This document shows positions 39,782-48,864 of a stretch of DNA of 64,000 nucleotides, in pieces. The DNA is from Patescibacteria group bacterium (GTDB lineage Bacteria; Patescibacteriota; Minisyncoccia; Minisyncoccales; JAHCRE01), in NCBI GenBank assembly GCA_020148055.1, contig JAHCRF010000001.1, positions 71,257 to 135,256 of the forward strand, read 5' to 3'. The notes under the pieces were generated by a model that was not told the origin of the DNA, did no database searches, and saw only the letters and a program-made list of their open reading frames with translations. The position numbers and the translations under genes are program-made. Within the stretch, counting starts at the first letter, position 1. Every line of letters starts with the position of its first letter.

Positions 39782-41203
39782 ATGAAAATCAACCCAAATA
39801 TTTTCAGAGCTTATGATATTCGAGGGATTTATCCTGATGATTTGAACGAAATTGTGGTCTCTCAGATCGTTAAGGCTTTTTGTGTTTTTTACCCCAAAGC
39901 GCAAAAAATAGTTCTTTCTCGTGATCCTCGGTTGAGTTCTCCCTCTCTGTATAGGGCAGCGATTAATGCTTTAATTGCGGCTGGCAGAGAAGTAATTGAT
40001 ATTGGTGTAAGTTCTGACCCTCTATTTTATTTCTCAATTTTCCATTATCATTTCGATGGAGGAATAATGATTTCTGGCTCTCACAATCCGAAAGAATACA
40101 ATGGTCTCACCCTCCATATTAGAAAACCTGATAGAGAAATTTCAGAAGATGTCATTGGAAAGGATTTAGAAAAGATAAAGAAAATGGTTACAAAAGGAGA
40201 AAAAATTGATCTACCAGAGGCTTTTGGGCAGCGGGGGAAAATAACCATTCTTGATCCCGCCAGAGATTACATAAATTTCGTAACCGCTCGGATTGAATTG
40301 AAACGGCCTTTAAAAATTATTATTGATTCAGGTAATGGTGCTTGCGGATTTTTACCAGAAAAAGTTTTTAAAAAACTCGGTTGCCAGGTAGAAACCCTTT
40401 ATGGAGACTTTGATGGTAATTTTCCCCATCACCTACCTGATCCTTATCAGGAAAAAAACCTTTTAGATATACAGAAGAGGGTTTTGGAAAAGAAAGCTGA
40501 TTTAGGTCTCGCCTTCGACGCTGATGGTGATAGAGTCGCTCCAATTGATAATCAGGGGCGCAGGATATCTGGTGATTTTTGTCTTTTAATGTTAGCTCGC
40601 CAGATTCTCCAAAAGAAGAGAGGGCCAGTTGTTCACTGCATGAGAGTATCCAAAGCTTTCTTAGATGAGATGGAGAAAGAGGGGATAAAGACTTATTTTT
40701 CTGTTTCTCATCACAATGCGGTGATTGAAAAAATTATTGAAAAGGGAGCTGTTTTTGGAGGTGAGATTACTTATCATTTTTTATTTCCGCTCGATTATTA
40801 TCTTTGCGATGAGGCTATCTTTTCTTCTTTAAAATTAGCTGAAGTTGCTTCTAAAGTTAAGGATTTGGCTAACCACGTTGATAGTTTACCCCGTTACTAC
40901 GCTAGCCCAGAGGTATTTATTGATTCAACTGATGGAGAAAAGTTTAAAATCATTGAAAATTTAGAGAAATATCTCAGAGAAAGAAATTTCGATTTCATTG
41001 ATGTTGATGGAGCCCGAATTAATTTCTCCGGTGGTTGGGCTTTGGCCCGAGCCTCAAATACGGAGCCCAAGATTAAATGCCGTTTTGAAGGGGAGACTAA
41101 AGAAGATTTAATTAGAATTGAGAAAAAGGCTTTGGAAATTTTTAAAAAAGTGGAGATGCCAGTAACAGAAAAGACCTATTTGGAGTTAGGCCTTAAAGAG
41201 TAG
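39782..41203 (+). CDS. Phosphomannomutase/phosphoglucomutase
   Basis: FRAYDIRG, SGSHNP, DADGDR, RASNTEP. Confidence 0.92.
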   Translation: MKINPNIFRAYDIRGIYPDDLNEIVVSQIVKAFCVFYPKAQKIVLSRDPRLSSPSLYRAAINALIAAGREVIDIGVSSDPLFYFSIFHYHFDGGIMISGSHNPKEYNGLTLHIRKPDREISEDVIGKDLEKIKKMVTKGEKIDLPEAFGQRGKITILDPARDYINFVTARIELKRPLKIIIDSGNGACGFLPEKVFKKLGCQVETLYGDFDGNFPHHLPDPYQEKNLLDIQKRVLEKKADLGLAFDADGDRVAPIDNQGRRISGDFCLLMLARQILQKKRGPVVHCMRVSKAFLDEMEKEGIKTYFSVSHHNAVIEKIIEKGAVFGGEITYHFLFPLDYYLCDEAIFSSLKLAEVASKVKDLANHVDSLPRYYASPEVFIDSTDGEKFKIIENLEKYLRERNFDFIDVDGARINFSGGWALARASNTEPKIKCRFEGETKEDLIRIEKKALEIFKKVEMPVTEKTYLELGLKE

Positions 41204-41223
41204 TTAATGAGTTTTCGCCTTAA

Positions 41224-42201
41224 TTAAATAAGGCCCATTTTTTTTCTGACATCCTGCATCGTTGATTGGGCAATTATTCTTGCTTTTCGTGCTCCTTTGT
41301 GCAAAATTTCTTTAATATAGACTTCTCTTGATAGAAGTTCTTTTCTTTTTCTCCGGAAAGGTTCCAGAGAGTTTATTAAAAGCTTTATCAAGGATTTTTT
41401 AAATTTTTCATATCCTTGGTCTTTAAAATCTCTCTCTAATTCTTTGATAGATTTCTCACTAAAAAGAGAATAAATAGTTAAGAGATTGGAAATTCCCGGT
41501 TTTTTGATAAGATTATATTTTATTTTTCTCCCTGGATCAGTGACAGCAGCCATTATTTTTTTTCTGATTTCAGTGGGTTTGGCAAATAATTCAATGCATC
41601 CTTTAGGGTCATCAGTTTTTGACATTTTTTTTCTTGGGTTTTGTAAGGACATGATTTTTGCTCCCATTTTTGGAAGTAGAACCCTTGGCATCTTAAAGGT
41701 TTTGCCGAATCTTTGGTTAAAGTGCCTAGCAAGAGTTCTTGATAACTCAACATGTTGTTGTTGGTCTTTTCCAACTGGTACGATGTCTGTCTGGTAGATC
41801 AAAATATCAGCTGCCATTAAAACCGGATAATCCAAAAGTCCAGCATTTATATTTTTCTTAAACTGTTTTGATTTTTCTTTATATTGAGTCATTCTAGTTA
41901 GCTCACCAACCGGAGCTATTGTATTTAAGAGCCAAGTGAGTTCAGTGTGTTCTTTAATCTGAGATTGAACAAAAAAAATACATTTTTCGGGGTCTAAACC
42001 AGCTACTAAATAAACAATGGCTAATTTCATAATATTTTTTTCCAGCTCTTTTGGGCTATAAGGAGTAGTTATGGCATGCAAATCCACAATACAAAAAATA
42101 CACTCATTATTTTCTTGGAGCGGAATCCAATTCTTTATAGCTCCCAAATAATTCCCGATATGAATTTCGCCAGTTGGCCGAATGCCACTAAATATCCTCA
42201 T
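41224..42201 (-). CDS. trpS: Tryptophanyl-tRNA synthetase
   Basis: SGIRPTG, HIGNYLG, YPVLMAADI, VPVGKDQ, KMSK. Confidence 0.96.
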   Translation of the reverse strand: MRIFSGIRPTGEIHIGNYLGAIKNWIPLQENNECIFCIVDLHAITTPYSPKELEKNIMKLAIVYLVAGLDPEKCIFFVQSQIKEHTELTWLLNTIAPVGELTRMTQYKEKSKQFKKNINAGLLDYPVLMAADILIYQTDIVPVGKDQQQHVELSRTLARHFNQRFGKTFKMPRVLLPKMGAKIMSLQNPRKKMSKTDDPKGCIELFAKPTEIRKKIMAAVTDPGRKIKYNLIKKPGISNLLTIYSLFSEKSIKELERDFKDQGYEKFKKSLIKLLINSLEPFRRKRKELLSREVYIKEILHKGARKARIIAQSTMQDVRKKMGLI

Positions 42202-43916
42202 ACTTCTATTAGCACCGGAAGAATGATTGGACGTCGTTGAGTTTTAGTATATAAGAATTGGCCGATTTTATTTCTTATTTCATCTTTGACATAAGTCCAA
42301 TTAACTGCTCCTCCTGAGCCCGCAGTTCTATTTACAATACTGATTACTTTTTTCCTTGTATTTTTTAGTAATTCTTTTGATTCTCTAAGATAAACAAACC
42401 CTCTTGATATTATATCAGGCGAACCTTTAACTTTACCAGTCTGGCGATCTATTACTGCCACAATAACAAACATCCCATCTCGAGCCAGCATCTGGCGGTC
42501 TCTTAAAACCACTGCGCCAACGTCGCCAATACCTAAACCGTCAACCATGACATAACTTGAAGAAACCCTTGTTTTCTCAATAAAAATTTTTTTCTGAGTT
42601 AGGTTAATAACTTGACCATTCTCAGCCACTACCACATTTTTTTTAGGCACCCCTAAATCCTTAGCCAGTTCTCCATGGGAAACTAACATTGAATATTGGC
42701 CATGGATCGGTAAAAAGAATTTGGGTTTCATAATTTTTATCATTTCTTTTAGCTCCTCTTTCTGAGCATGACCACCGGCGTGAATATCCATCATTTTGTA
42801 GTGGAAAACCCTTGCCTTTTGTCTTAAAATGTCATCTTTCAAAATTTGGACCGTTCTCTCATTTCCAGGAATAACCGAGGAGGAAAGCACAACGGTGTCT
42901 CCTTCTTTAAAACGAATAAAGGGATGTTCTCTATTTGTAATTCTCATTAAGATAGCTGATCCCTCCCCTTGGGCACCGGTACAGAGAATAGTTATTTTTG
43001 AATTTGGATAATTTTCAACATCTTTTGCCCTAATAATCATTCCTTTTTTAAATTTGATATATCCTAAAATCTTTGAGATTTCAACATTAGTTTTCATCGA
43101 ATAACCTTCAATTACCACTTTCCTTTTGAATTTTTGTGATAAACTAATGATTTGCTGAATCCTATTTATTAAGGAGGCGAAAGTAGCGGCGATAATTCTA
43201 CCTTTCGCCTTTTTAAATATTTCTTCTAAATTTTGCAAAATTTCTCTTTCTGAAAGAGAGTGACCGATTTCTTCAGCTCCAGTGGAATCTGATATTAAAA
43301 GTAAAATTTTTCTTTTGGAAAAATTTCGAAGTTTCTGGAAATTGGTTGGTAAGTCGTTTATCGGAGTAGGATCAAACTTAAAATCAGAGGTATGCAAAAT
43401 ATTGCCGATTGGTGTTTCAATAAAAAGCCCCAGATTATCAGGAATGTTGTGATTGATACGAAAGAACTCAATTCTAAAAGGTCCTAGCTTAATTTTTGAA
43501 CCGTCTCTAACTTCATTAATTTGTAGTTTTGGTAGGTTCGGGAAATCTCCCTGTCTTTTTAGAATAATACCCCGAGTTAGAGGAGAGGCAAACATTTTCG
43601 GATTTTTTAATTTTTCAATCAGGTAAGGAATAGCCCCAATATGATCATAATGGCCATGGGTAAAGACTACGCCCAAAATATCTTTTTCTTTGCCCTTAAG
43701 GTAGTTGATATTGGGAATGATAAAATCTATCCCCGGCATATTCTCTTCAGGCAATCTAAAACCCATATCAATAATTAAAATCTTCTTTTTATATTTCGAG
43801 TGGGAACGAGAAATATCCCTAGAGGTATACTCAAGAAGCATCATATTTCGGCCAACCTCGCCTAAGCCTCCTAAAGGAATAACGCGTAAATTCTGCTGCT
43901 TTTTTGTTTTAGCCAT
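42198..43916 (-). CDS. rnj: Ribonuclease J
   Basis: LGGLGEVGRNM, THGHYDHIG, TGAQGE, HAGGHA, PIHG. Confidence 0.95.
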   Translation of the reverse strand: MAKTKKQQNLRVIPLGGLGEVGRNMMLLEYTSRDISRSHSKYKKKILIIDMGFRLPEENMPGIDFIIPNINYLKGKEKDILGVVFTHGHYDHIGAIPYLIEKLKNPKMFASPLTRGIILKRQGDFPNLPKLQINEVRDGSKIKLGPFRIEFFRINHNIPDNLGLFIETPIGNILHTSDFKFDPTPINDLPTNFQKLRNFSKRKILLLISDSTGAEEIGHSLSEREILQNLEEIFKKAKGRIIAATFASLINRIQQIISLSQKFKRKVVIEGYSMKTNVEISKILGYIKFKKGMIIRAKDVENYPNSKITILCTGAQGEGSAILMRITNREHPFIRFKEGDTVVLSSSVIPGNERTVQILKDDILRQKARVFHYKMMDIHAGGHAQKEELKEMIKIMKPKFFLPIHGQYSMLVSHGELAKDLGVPKKNVVVAENGQVINLTQKKIFIEKTRVSSSYVMVDGLGIGDVGAVVLRDRQMLARDGMFVIVAVIDRQTGKVKGSPDIISRGFVYLRESKELLKNTRKKVISIVNRTAGSGGAVNWTYVKDEIRNKIGQFLYTKTQRRPIILPVLIEV

Positions 43917-44013
43917 GTTTTAAGTATTAGGTATTAAGTATAAAGTATCTAGTATTAAAAAAATAAAATTTAAAAATACTAAGCACTTAATACTAGATGC
44001 GAGATGCGTAACT

Positions 44014-44102
44014 TGGTGCGGACGGAGAGAATCGAACTCTCACGGGGAAATCTCCCCCGATGATCCTGAATCATCGGCGTCTACCGGTTCCGCCACGTCC
44101 GC
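44014..44102 (-). tRNA. tRNA-Leu(CAG), CCA encoded
   Basis: GCGGACG...GATGA-TT-CAG-GA-TCATC, long variable arm, ...CGTCCGC-A-CCA. Confidence 0.93.
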
Positions 44103-44694
44103 CTTTTAAAAAATCTAAATTTTTTGGCATTGATTTAAAAGGTTTTTCAAAACGAAGCTTTGGAACTTTAGTATAATTTTTGTTTTTCATCCAACCGGAT
44201 TGAGTATAAAAATAGCAAGCGCCTCCCATTTTTTCTATATCCCTATAAATATTTTTGGTTTTTTCTGAAACCCAGTTTCCTGTTTTTAGTACCCTTTTAG
44301 AGGGATTGATGGTAATTACTGCATAATCCGGAGGCACAACAACCCAATTTCCTGGTTTAGCTGTTGTTATTATAACATCTTTAACAATTTCGCCTTGAAC
44401 TTTTTGCATTAAAAAAATTGCTTCTCCCTTCAAAACAGTATAGAGCTCTTGATAACCTTCTGAATTACGGTTGCCTTTGGTTCTAACAAATTCTTTTCCT
44501 AACATCCTCGCAGGGATAACCGTGATATCATACCTTAAACCGTCTTTTTTTTTGATGCCTCGATACATATAATAAAGCTCCAAATTAGGGGCTGTTTTAA
44601 GCCATTCTTGATCATAAATAACCTTTCGCATATCGTTCAAACAGCGAATATCAGGCTTTCTGTTCTCTATTTCTTGTTTCTTGTTTTTTAACAT
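44071..44694 (-). CDS. Cupin-type glucose-6-phosphate isomerase family protein
   Basis: LYYMYRG, LRYDITVI, GKEFVRTKG, ELY, VVPPDY; start overlaps the upstream stop (TAATG); its own stop lies inside tRNA-Leu. Confidence 0.72.
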   Translation of the reverse strand: MLKNKKQEIENRKPDIRCLNDMRKVIYDQEWLKTAPNLELYYMYRGIKKKDGLRYDITVIPARMLGKEFVRTKGNRNSEGYQELYTVLKGEAIFLMQKVQGEIVKDVIITTAKPGNWVVVPPDYAVITINPSKRVLKTGNWVSEKTKNIYRDIEKMGGACYFYTQSGWMKNKNYTKVPKLRFEKPFKSMPKNLDFLKGGRGGTGRRR

Positions 44695-46700
44695 TATTTC
44701 CAGACCCTTCGGGTTTTGATATACCAATTTTCAATTCCGGAAAATCTTTTGGAAGGATCAACGATTATTTTTGTTTCAATTCCTTTAACTTCTTTAGAGA
44801 CAAAATAAAGATAATTTGGATTACAAAGAAAAACTACTGGAGCATCAGCAATTAAAATATTCTGAAATTCTTCATAAATTTTAGCCCTTTCTTCAAAATT
44901 CTGCATTTTTCTTCCATCTTCGAGTAATTTGTCAACAGCTTTATTCTCGTATAAAGCCAAGTTTAATCCTGGATTTCTTTTTTGTAAAGAATGCCAGAAA
45001 GGAAAAGGGTCAGGGATTGAACCCAAGACTTGGCCAAATAAAAGGCTTTCGTAGTCTCTTGGCTTGATGACTTCTCTTTCCAGAGTTGAAATATCAAAGG
45101 TCTTAATTTCAATCTCAGCCCCTAAAACTTGCCATTGTTCTTTTAAGAGATTGGCAATTTCGATTAAAAATGATTGATCAACAGTAACCAAAGAAAAGGA
45201 AAGGGGTAAAATTTCAACCGGTTTCTCGAAACAGATCTCATTTAATTTAGCCCGAGTAGTTTTTCTCACCAAGCCCGTTCCCTTTTTAAATCCCCAGGGT
45301 TCTAAAATGTCTTTTGCATATTTCTCCTGGAATCTGATTACCGCCTCTTTTGTTAAATTTCCAAAGAAACCTGTAACTTTACCCTCGGGATAAATTTCTG
45401 GATCTTTGGCTAGGCATTTTTGGAGCTCTTCGACTTCTTTCCCTTGTGAATTTAACTTTAGATCACTTTTGAACTGAAATTCAGCCTCTTTTTTAATAGT
45501 CTTTTCCCTTTTGCCTATTTCTTTCTCTTTAAAATCAGCTCTGTCTAAAATTTCCTTAGCTTTCTCTAAATCAAATTGATAAATTTTAATTGGAGGTGAA
45601 AAATCATAAATGGTTGGTAAAATTGGAGAGTCAACGATTTCTCCTTGATTAGCCAGAACTTTTTCTAAAATTTCCTTTTTGTTAGTTCCATAATTTAAGG
45701 CCTCTCTAACTTCTTTTTCTGCCAGAACCTTGGATTTTTCTGGATTAAAAAATAGAGCAAAATATCTTGGCAAAGAAAGAGAATAATTACAAAACTCATT
45801 TTCTTTCAAAAATTTATAATATTCTGGATCAAGAATTGAAAAACCTTGGATTTCTTTTTCTTGAAAGGCCCAAATTAAATCCTCTTCTTTTTCAAAAAAT
45901 TTAAAGGAAATTTTAGATATATTAGGTTTTTTTCCAAAATAATCAGGATTGGCAATCAAGGTTAAAGAAGTTATTGAACCTGATTCATTTTTTTCCAATT
46001 CTTTAAATTGATAAGGACCTGATCCAATAGGTTTGAGATTATAGTCTGATAGACGAAAATTGGCAGCCGATATATTTTCCCAGATATGCTTTGGTAAGAT
46101 TTTTAAGGTTAGATTTTCCAGGAAAGGGGAGTAGGGATTCTTTAGTTTAAAACGAATTCCCAAATCAGAGATTTTTTCTATTTCCACTCCTAACCAGTTT
46201 ATTCTGAGAGGACTATTATATTCCGGATCTTGAATGATTTTAATAGTAAAAATTACATCATCAGCTGTTAATTTATTTCCATCGTGCCAAAAAATATTTT
46301 TTTTTAGATTGCATTCGTAAGTTTTTCCTGCTTCTTGAATTTGACAATTAGCCAAATCTGGGACAATTCCCCCTTTTTCGTTATATTGCATCAATCCGGA
46401 AAACAAGATCTCGGTTAAATCCTGATCAATATCCCTCAAAGGGGCATAAATAGGATTAATAAATCGAGGAAAATCAGTCTCACTCAATACTAATATTCCT
46501 TCTACGAAAATTCCTCCCAACGCTGGTTTAATTTCCGTATTTTTAAAATAAAAATTGGCAGATAGAAAAATAAAAGAACTCAAAGCTAAAGACAAAAAAA
46601 TAAAAAACAAAACTTTCTCTTTTTTGCTTAAAACCTTTAAAAATTGCCTCCATTGGTTTTTGGAAGGCCATTTTTTAATTCCCAAATTAAAGAGAGACAT
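44694..46700 (-). CDS. ABC peptide-type (family 5) substrate-binding protein with an internal peptidoglycan-binding domain
   Basis: N-terminal TM, LFSGL, WHDG...ADDVIFT, PIGSGPY, VREALNY; internal VEELQKCL...VTGFFGNLTKEAVIRFQ; ATG 46700. Confidence 0.8.
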   Translation of the reverse strand: MSLFNLGIKKWPSKNQWRQFLKVLSKKEKVLFFIFLSLALSSFIFLSANFYFKNTEIKPALGGIFVEGILVLSETDFPRFINPIYAPLRDIDQDLTEILFSGLMQYNEKGGIVPDLANCQIQEAGKTYECNLKKNIFWHDGNKLTADDVIFTIKIIQDPEYNSPLRINWLGVEIEKISDLGIRFKLKNPYSPFLENLTLKILPKHIWENISAANFRLSDYNLKPIGSGPYQFKELEKNESGSITSLTLIANPDYFGKKPNISKISFKFFEKEEDLIWAFQEKEIQGFSILDPEYYKFLKENEFCNYSLSLPRYFALFFNPEKSKVLAEKEVREALNYGTNKKEILEKVLANQGEIVDSPILPTIYDFSPPIKIYQFDLEKAKEILDRADFKEKEIGKREKTIKKEAEFQFKSDLKLNSQGKEVEELQKCLAKDPEIYPEGKVTGFFGNLTKEAVIRFQEKYAKDILEPWGFKKGTGLVRKTTRAKLNEICFEKPVEILPLSFSLVTVDQSFLIEIANLLKEQWQVLGAEIEIKTFDISTLEREVIKPRDYESLLFGQVLGSIPDPFPFWHSLQKRNPGLNLALYENKAVDKLLEDGRKMQNFEERAKIYEEFQNILIADAPVVFLCNPNYLYFVSKEVKGIETKIIVDPSKRFSGIENWYIKTRRVWK

Positions 46701-46705
46701 TGTAA

Positions 46706-46921
46706 TTAAAAAATCAAATTGAGGATGGCCAGAAGAATAAAAAGAATTCCAAAAATTATTGTTGCCCAAAAAACTTTTTTTTCAATTCCTCGCCGGGTAG
46801 CATAAAAACCACTGGTTCCGCCAAAAATTGAACCTAAAGCCCCTCCTCTTTGTTGTAAAAGAATGAACAAAATTAAAAAGATAGCAATAATAATTTGAGC
46901 AAAAGGTAAAAATGTTTTCAT
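46706..46921 (-). CDS. secG: Preprotein translocase subunit SecG
   Basis: Two TMs, LLQQRGGALGSIFGG. Confidence 0.88.
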   Translation of the reverse strand: MKTFLPFAQIIIAIFLILFILLQQRGGALGSIFGGTSGFYATRRGIEKKVFWATIIFGILFILLAILNLIF

Positions 46922-46958
46922 TGAAATTTTATTCGACCGGAGACCTTCTAACCCTAGG

Positions 46959-47306
46959 TCATTTTTTAGGAATAAAGAGAGGGAAGATAAGATTCAATCC
47001 CCAGATAATAACGCTAGTTAAAAAAAAGGGCAAAATTCCTGAAATTTTAAGTTTGGGAAAGATAAAAGTAACAATCCAGACCATTCCCATATTTATTACC
47101 AAACCAAAAAGGCCAAAGGTCAAAATTCTTAAAGGGAGAGTGATTATTTTCAAAATTGGTTTGATAAAAAAGTTAATTAAACCTAAAACTAGGCCAGCTA
47201 AAATTAAAATTTGCCAAGAATCGGCAAATTCCACCCCAGGTATGAACCGAATTGCTAGCCAGATTCCTAAGATGCCGGCAATAATTTGGAGGATTAAACG
47301 TTTCAC
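46959..47306 (-). CDS. 4-TM phage-holin-superfamily membrane protein (YvlD-like)
   Basis: LGLINFFIKPILKIITLPLRILTFGLF; lies next to the uvr genes. Confidence 0.75.
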   Translation of the reverse strand: MKRLILQIIAGILGIWLAIRFIPGVEFADSWQILILAGLVLGLINFFIKPILKIITLPLRILTFGLFGLVINMGMVWIVTFIFPKLKISGILPFFLTSVIIWGLNLIFPLFIPKK

Positions 47307-47327
47307 AATATTGAAGATAGCAGATAT

Positions 47328-48803
47328 TTAATTCCTAGTCAACATTTTTTCCTTTCTCAATTTCCTATGATAAGAAATCGCAAATCGGTGAGCCTCGTCA
47401 CGTAATTGCAAAATTAAATTGAAAATTTCTCTTGGTAAGTTTTTCAGAAAAATCGGCCTTTTTCGATTCTCAATGTATAGTTTATTTCCCTTTTTAGCTA
47501 AACTTGCAACTATTATCTTTTTTTTGCTTTTTGCTTTTTGCTTTTTGATTTTGAGGGCAGCGTTAAGTTGCGTGATTCCCCCATCAATTAAGACCAAATC
47601 TGGCCAGCCCCATTCAGGATGTTGCAATCTCCGAGATAAAATTTCTTTTATCATTGCTATATCACTCGGTCTGCCAGAAATCTTGATTTTAAATTTTCGA
47701 TAAAATTCTTTAGCTGCCTGGCCTCTAATAAATGTCACCATGGCACCTACAGCTAATTTTCCAGAAATATTTGAAATATCATAGGCTTCAATTCTTTTTA
47801 TCTTCTTTTCGGTTTTTAAAATTTTCTTTAAAATTTTTTGAATTTGGGGCCAGTCCAAAATTTTTGCCTGCTTGCCAGGATCTGTGACTTCAAGCGCTGG
47901 CAGGCGGGCATTAAGGATTACCTTTTCTAAGGAAAATATTTTATCCCTAATTTTGGCTGCTTTTTCAAAATTTTGCAAATCAGCTGCTCTTTTCATTTCT
48001 TTTTTTAAATTTCTTAAGACCTGATTTCTTTTTCCTTGGAGAATTTTGAGAAGATTTCTGGCGTTCCTTTGACACTCCTTTTTAATTTTTTCTCTTAGCC
48101 CAGGAATTTGAGAACTAAGTTTTGCTCCCCCCCTAGGGTCGCCGTAAGGCGACTCCTTCAGGGATTTTAATAGGCAAGGAGCTGGACAACGACCCAATTG
48201 ATACCAGAGACAAGGTCTTTTTGGCAAGATTTTGCAGGTTCTGTAAGGGAGAGCTTTCCTTAAAATTTTTAGAGTTTGTTTTAAAGCTTTACCATCAACA
48301 AACGGACCAATAAACTGGAATTTAGAATTATGAATTATGAATGATGAATTATAAGGTTTTTTCTTTTTTGTTCTTGATTCTTGATTCCTGACTCTTGATT
48401 CCCAAAATGGTTGGTGGGTCAAGAATACTCTTGGAAAGCCCTCTTTAGCTATTCCAACATAAAAATAATTTTTGTCATCTCGCCAAACAACATTATATTT
48501 TGGTAGAAATTTTTTTATTAAATTTGCCTCCAGAATTAAAGCCTCGATTTCTGAATCAGCTTTGATAAAACCTATTTTTTTGGTTTTATCTAGAAAAATA
48601 CTTTCTTTGAAACCGGGTTGTTGAAAATGATTTTTAACTCGCTTTCGAATATTTGAAGCTTTGCCAATGTATAAAATTTTCCTTTCTTTGAAGCAATAAA
48701 CCCCCGGCTTTTTAGGAAGTTTTTTAACCCCCTCCTTTTTTAAAAATTTAAATTTTTTCACGTTCGGTAATCCGATTTTAACTTGAAATTGATAATTTTT
48801 CAA
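47328..48803 (-). CDS. uvrC: Excinuclease subunit UvrC, short form with no C-terminal HhH, carrying inserts
   Basis: GIY-YIG (PGVY...YIGKA), CLWYQLGRCPAPC, EAYDISN, PDLVLIDGG, LRDEAHRFA; start codon uncertain. Confidence 0.88.
   Translation of the reverse strand: MKNYQFQVKIGLPNVKKFKFLKKEGVKKLPKKPGVYCFKERKILYIGKASNIRKRVKNHFQQPGFKESIFLDKTKKIGFIKADSEIEALILEANLIKKFLPKYNVVWRDDKNYFYVGIAKEGFPRVFLTHQPFWESRVRNQESRTKKKKPYNSSFIIHNSKFQFIGPFVDGKALKQTLKILRKALPYRTCKILPKRPCLWYQLGRCPAPCLLKSLKESPYGDPRGGAKLSSQIPGLREKIKKECQRNARNLLKILQGKRNQVLRNLKKEMKRAADLQNFEKAAKIRDKIFSLEKVILNARLPALEVTDPGKQAKILDWPQIQKILKKILKTEKKIKRIEAYDISNISGKLAVGAMVTFIRGQAAKEFYRKFKIKISGRPSDIAMIKEILSRRLQHPEWGWPDLVLIDGGITQLNAALKIKKQKAKSKKKIIVASLAKKGNKLYIENRKRPIFLKNLPREIFNLILQLRDEAHRFAISYHRKLRKEKMLTRN
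47865..47910. repeat. In-frame palindromic insert in uvrC (family C core)
   Basis: TGCCTGCTTGCCAG / CTGGCAGGCGGGCA inverted repeat; shares CAGGCGGGCA with the recG and uvrA copies. Confidence 0.75.
48126..48164. repeat. In-frame hairpin insert, family D, in uvrC
   Basis: GTCGCC-GTAA-GGCGAC stem-loop followed by TCC, as in recG 5620-5645. Confidence 0.7.
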
Positions 48804-48864
48804 CCAGATTTGTTAGATAGAGGGTTTGTTGAAATTCTTTGAAATTTTGGGTATAATAACTTTT

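Noticed and set aside
46959..47306. Prophage inferred from the holin-like gene
   Set aside because: No other phage genes; this family is commonly chromosomal next to uvr genes
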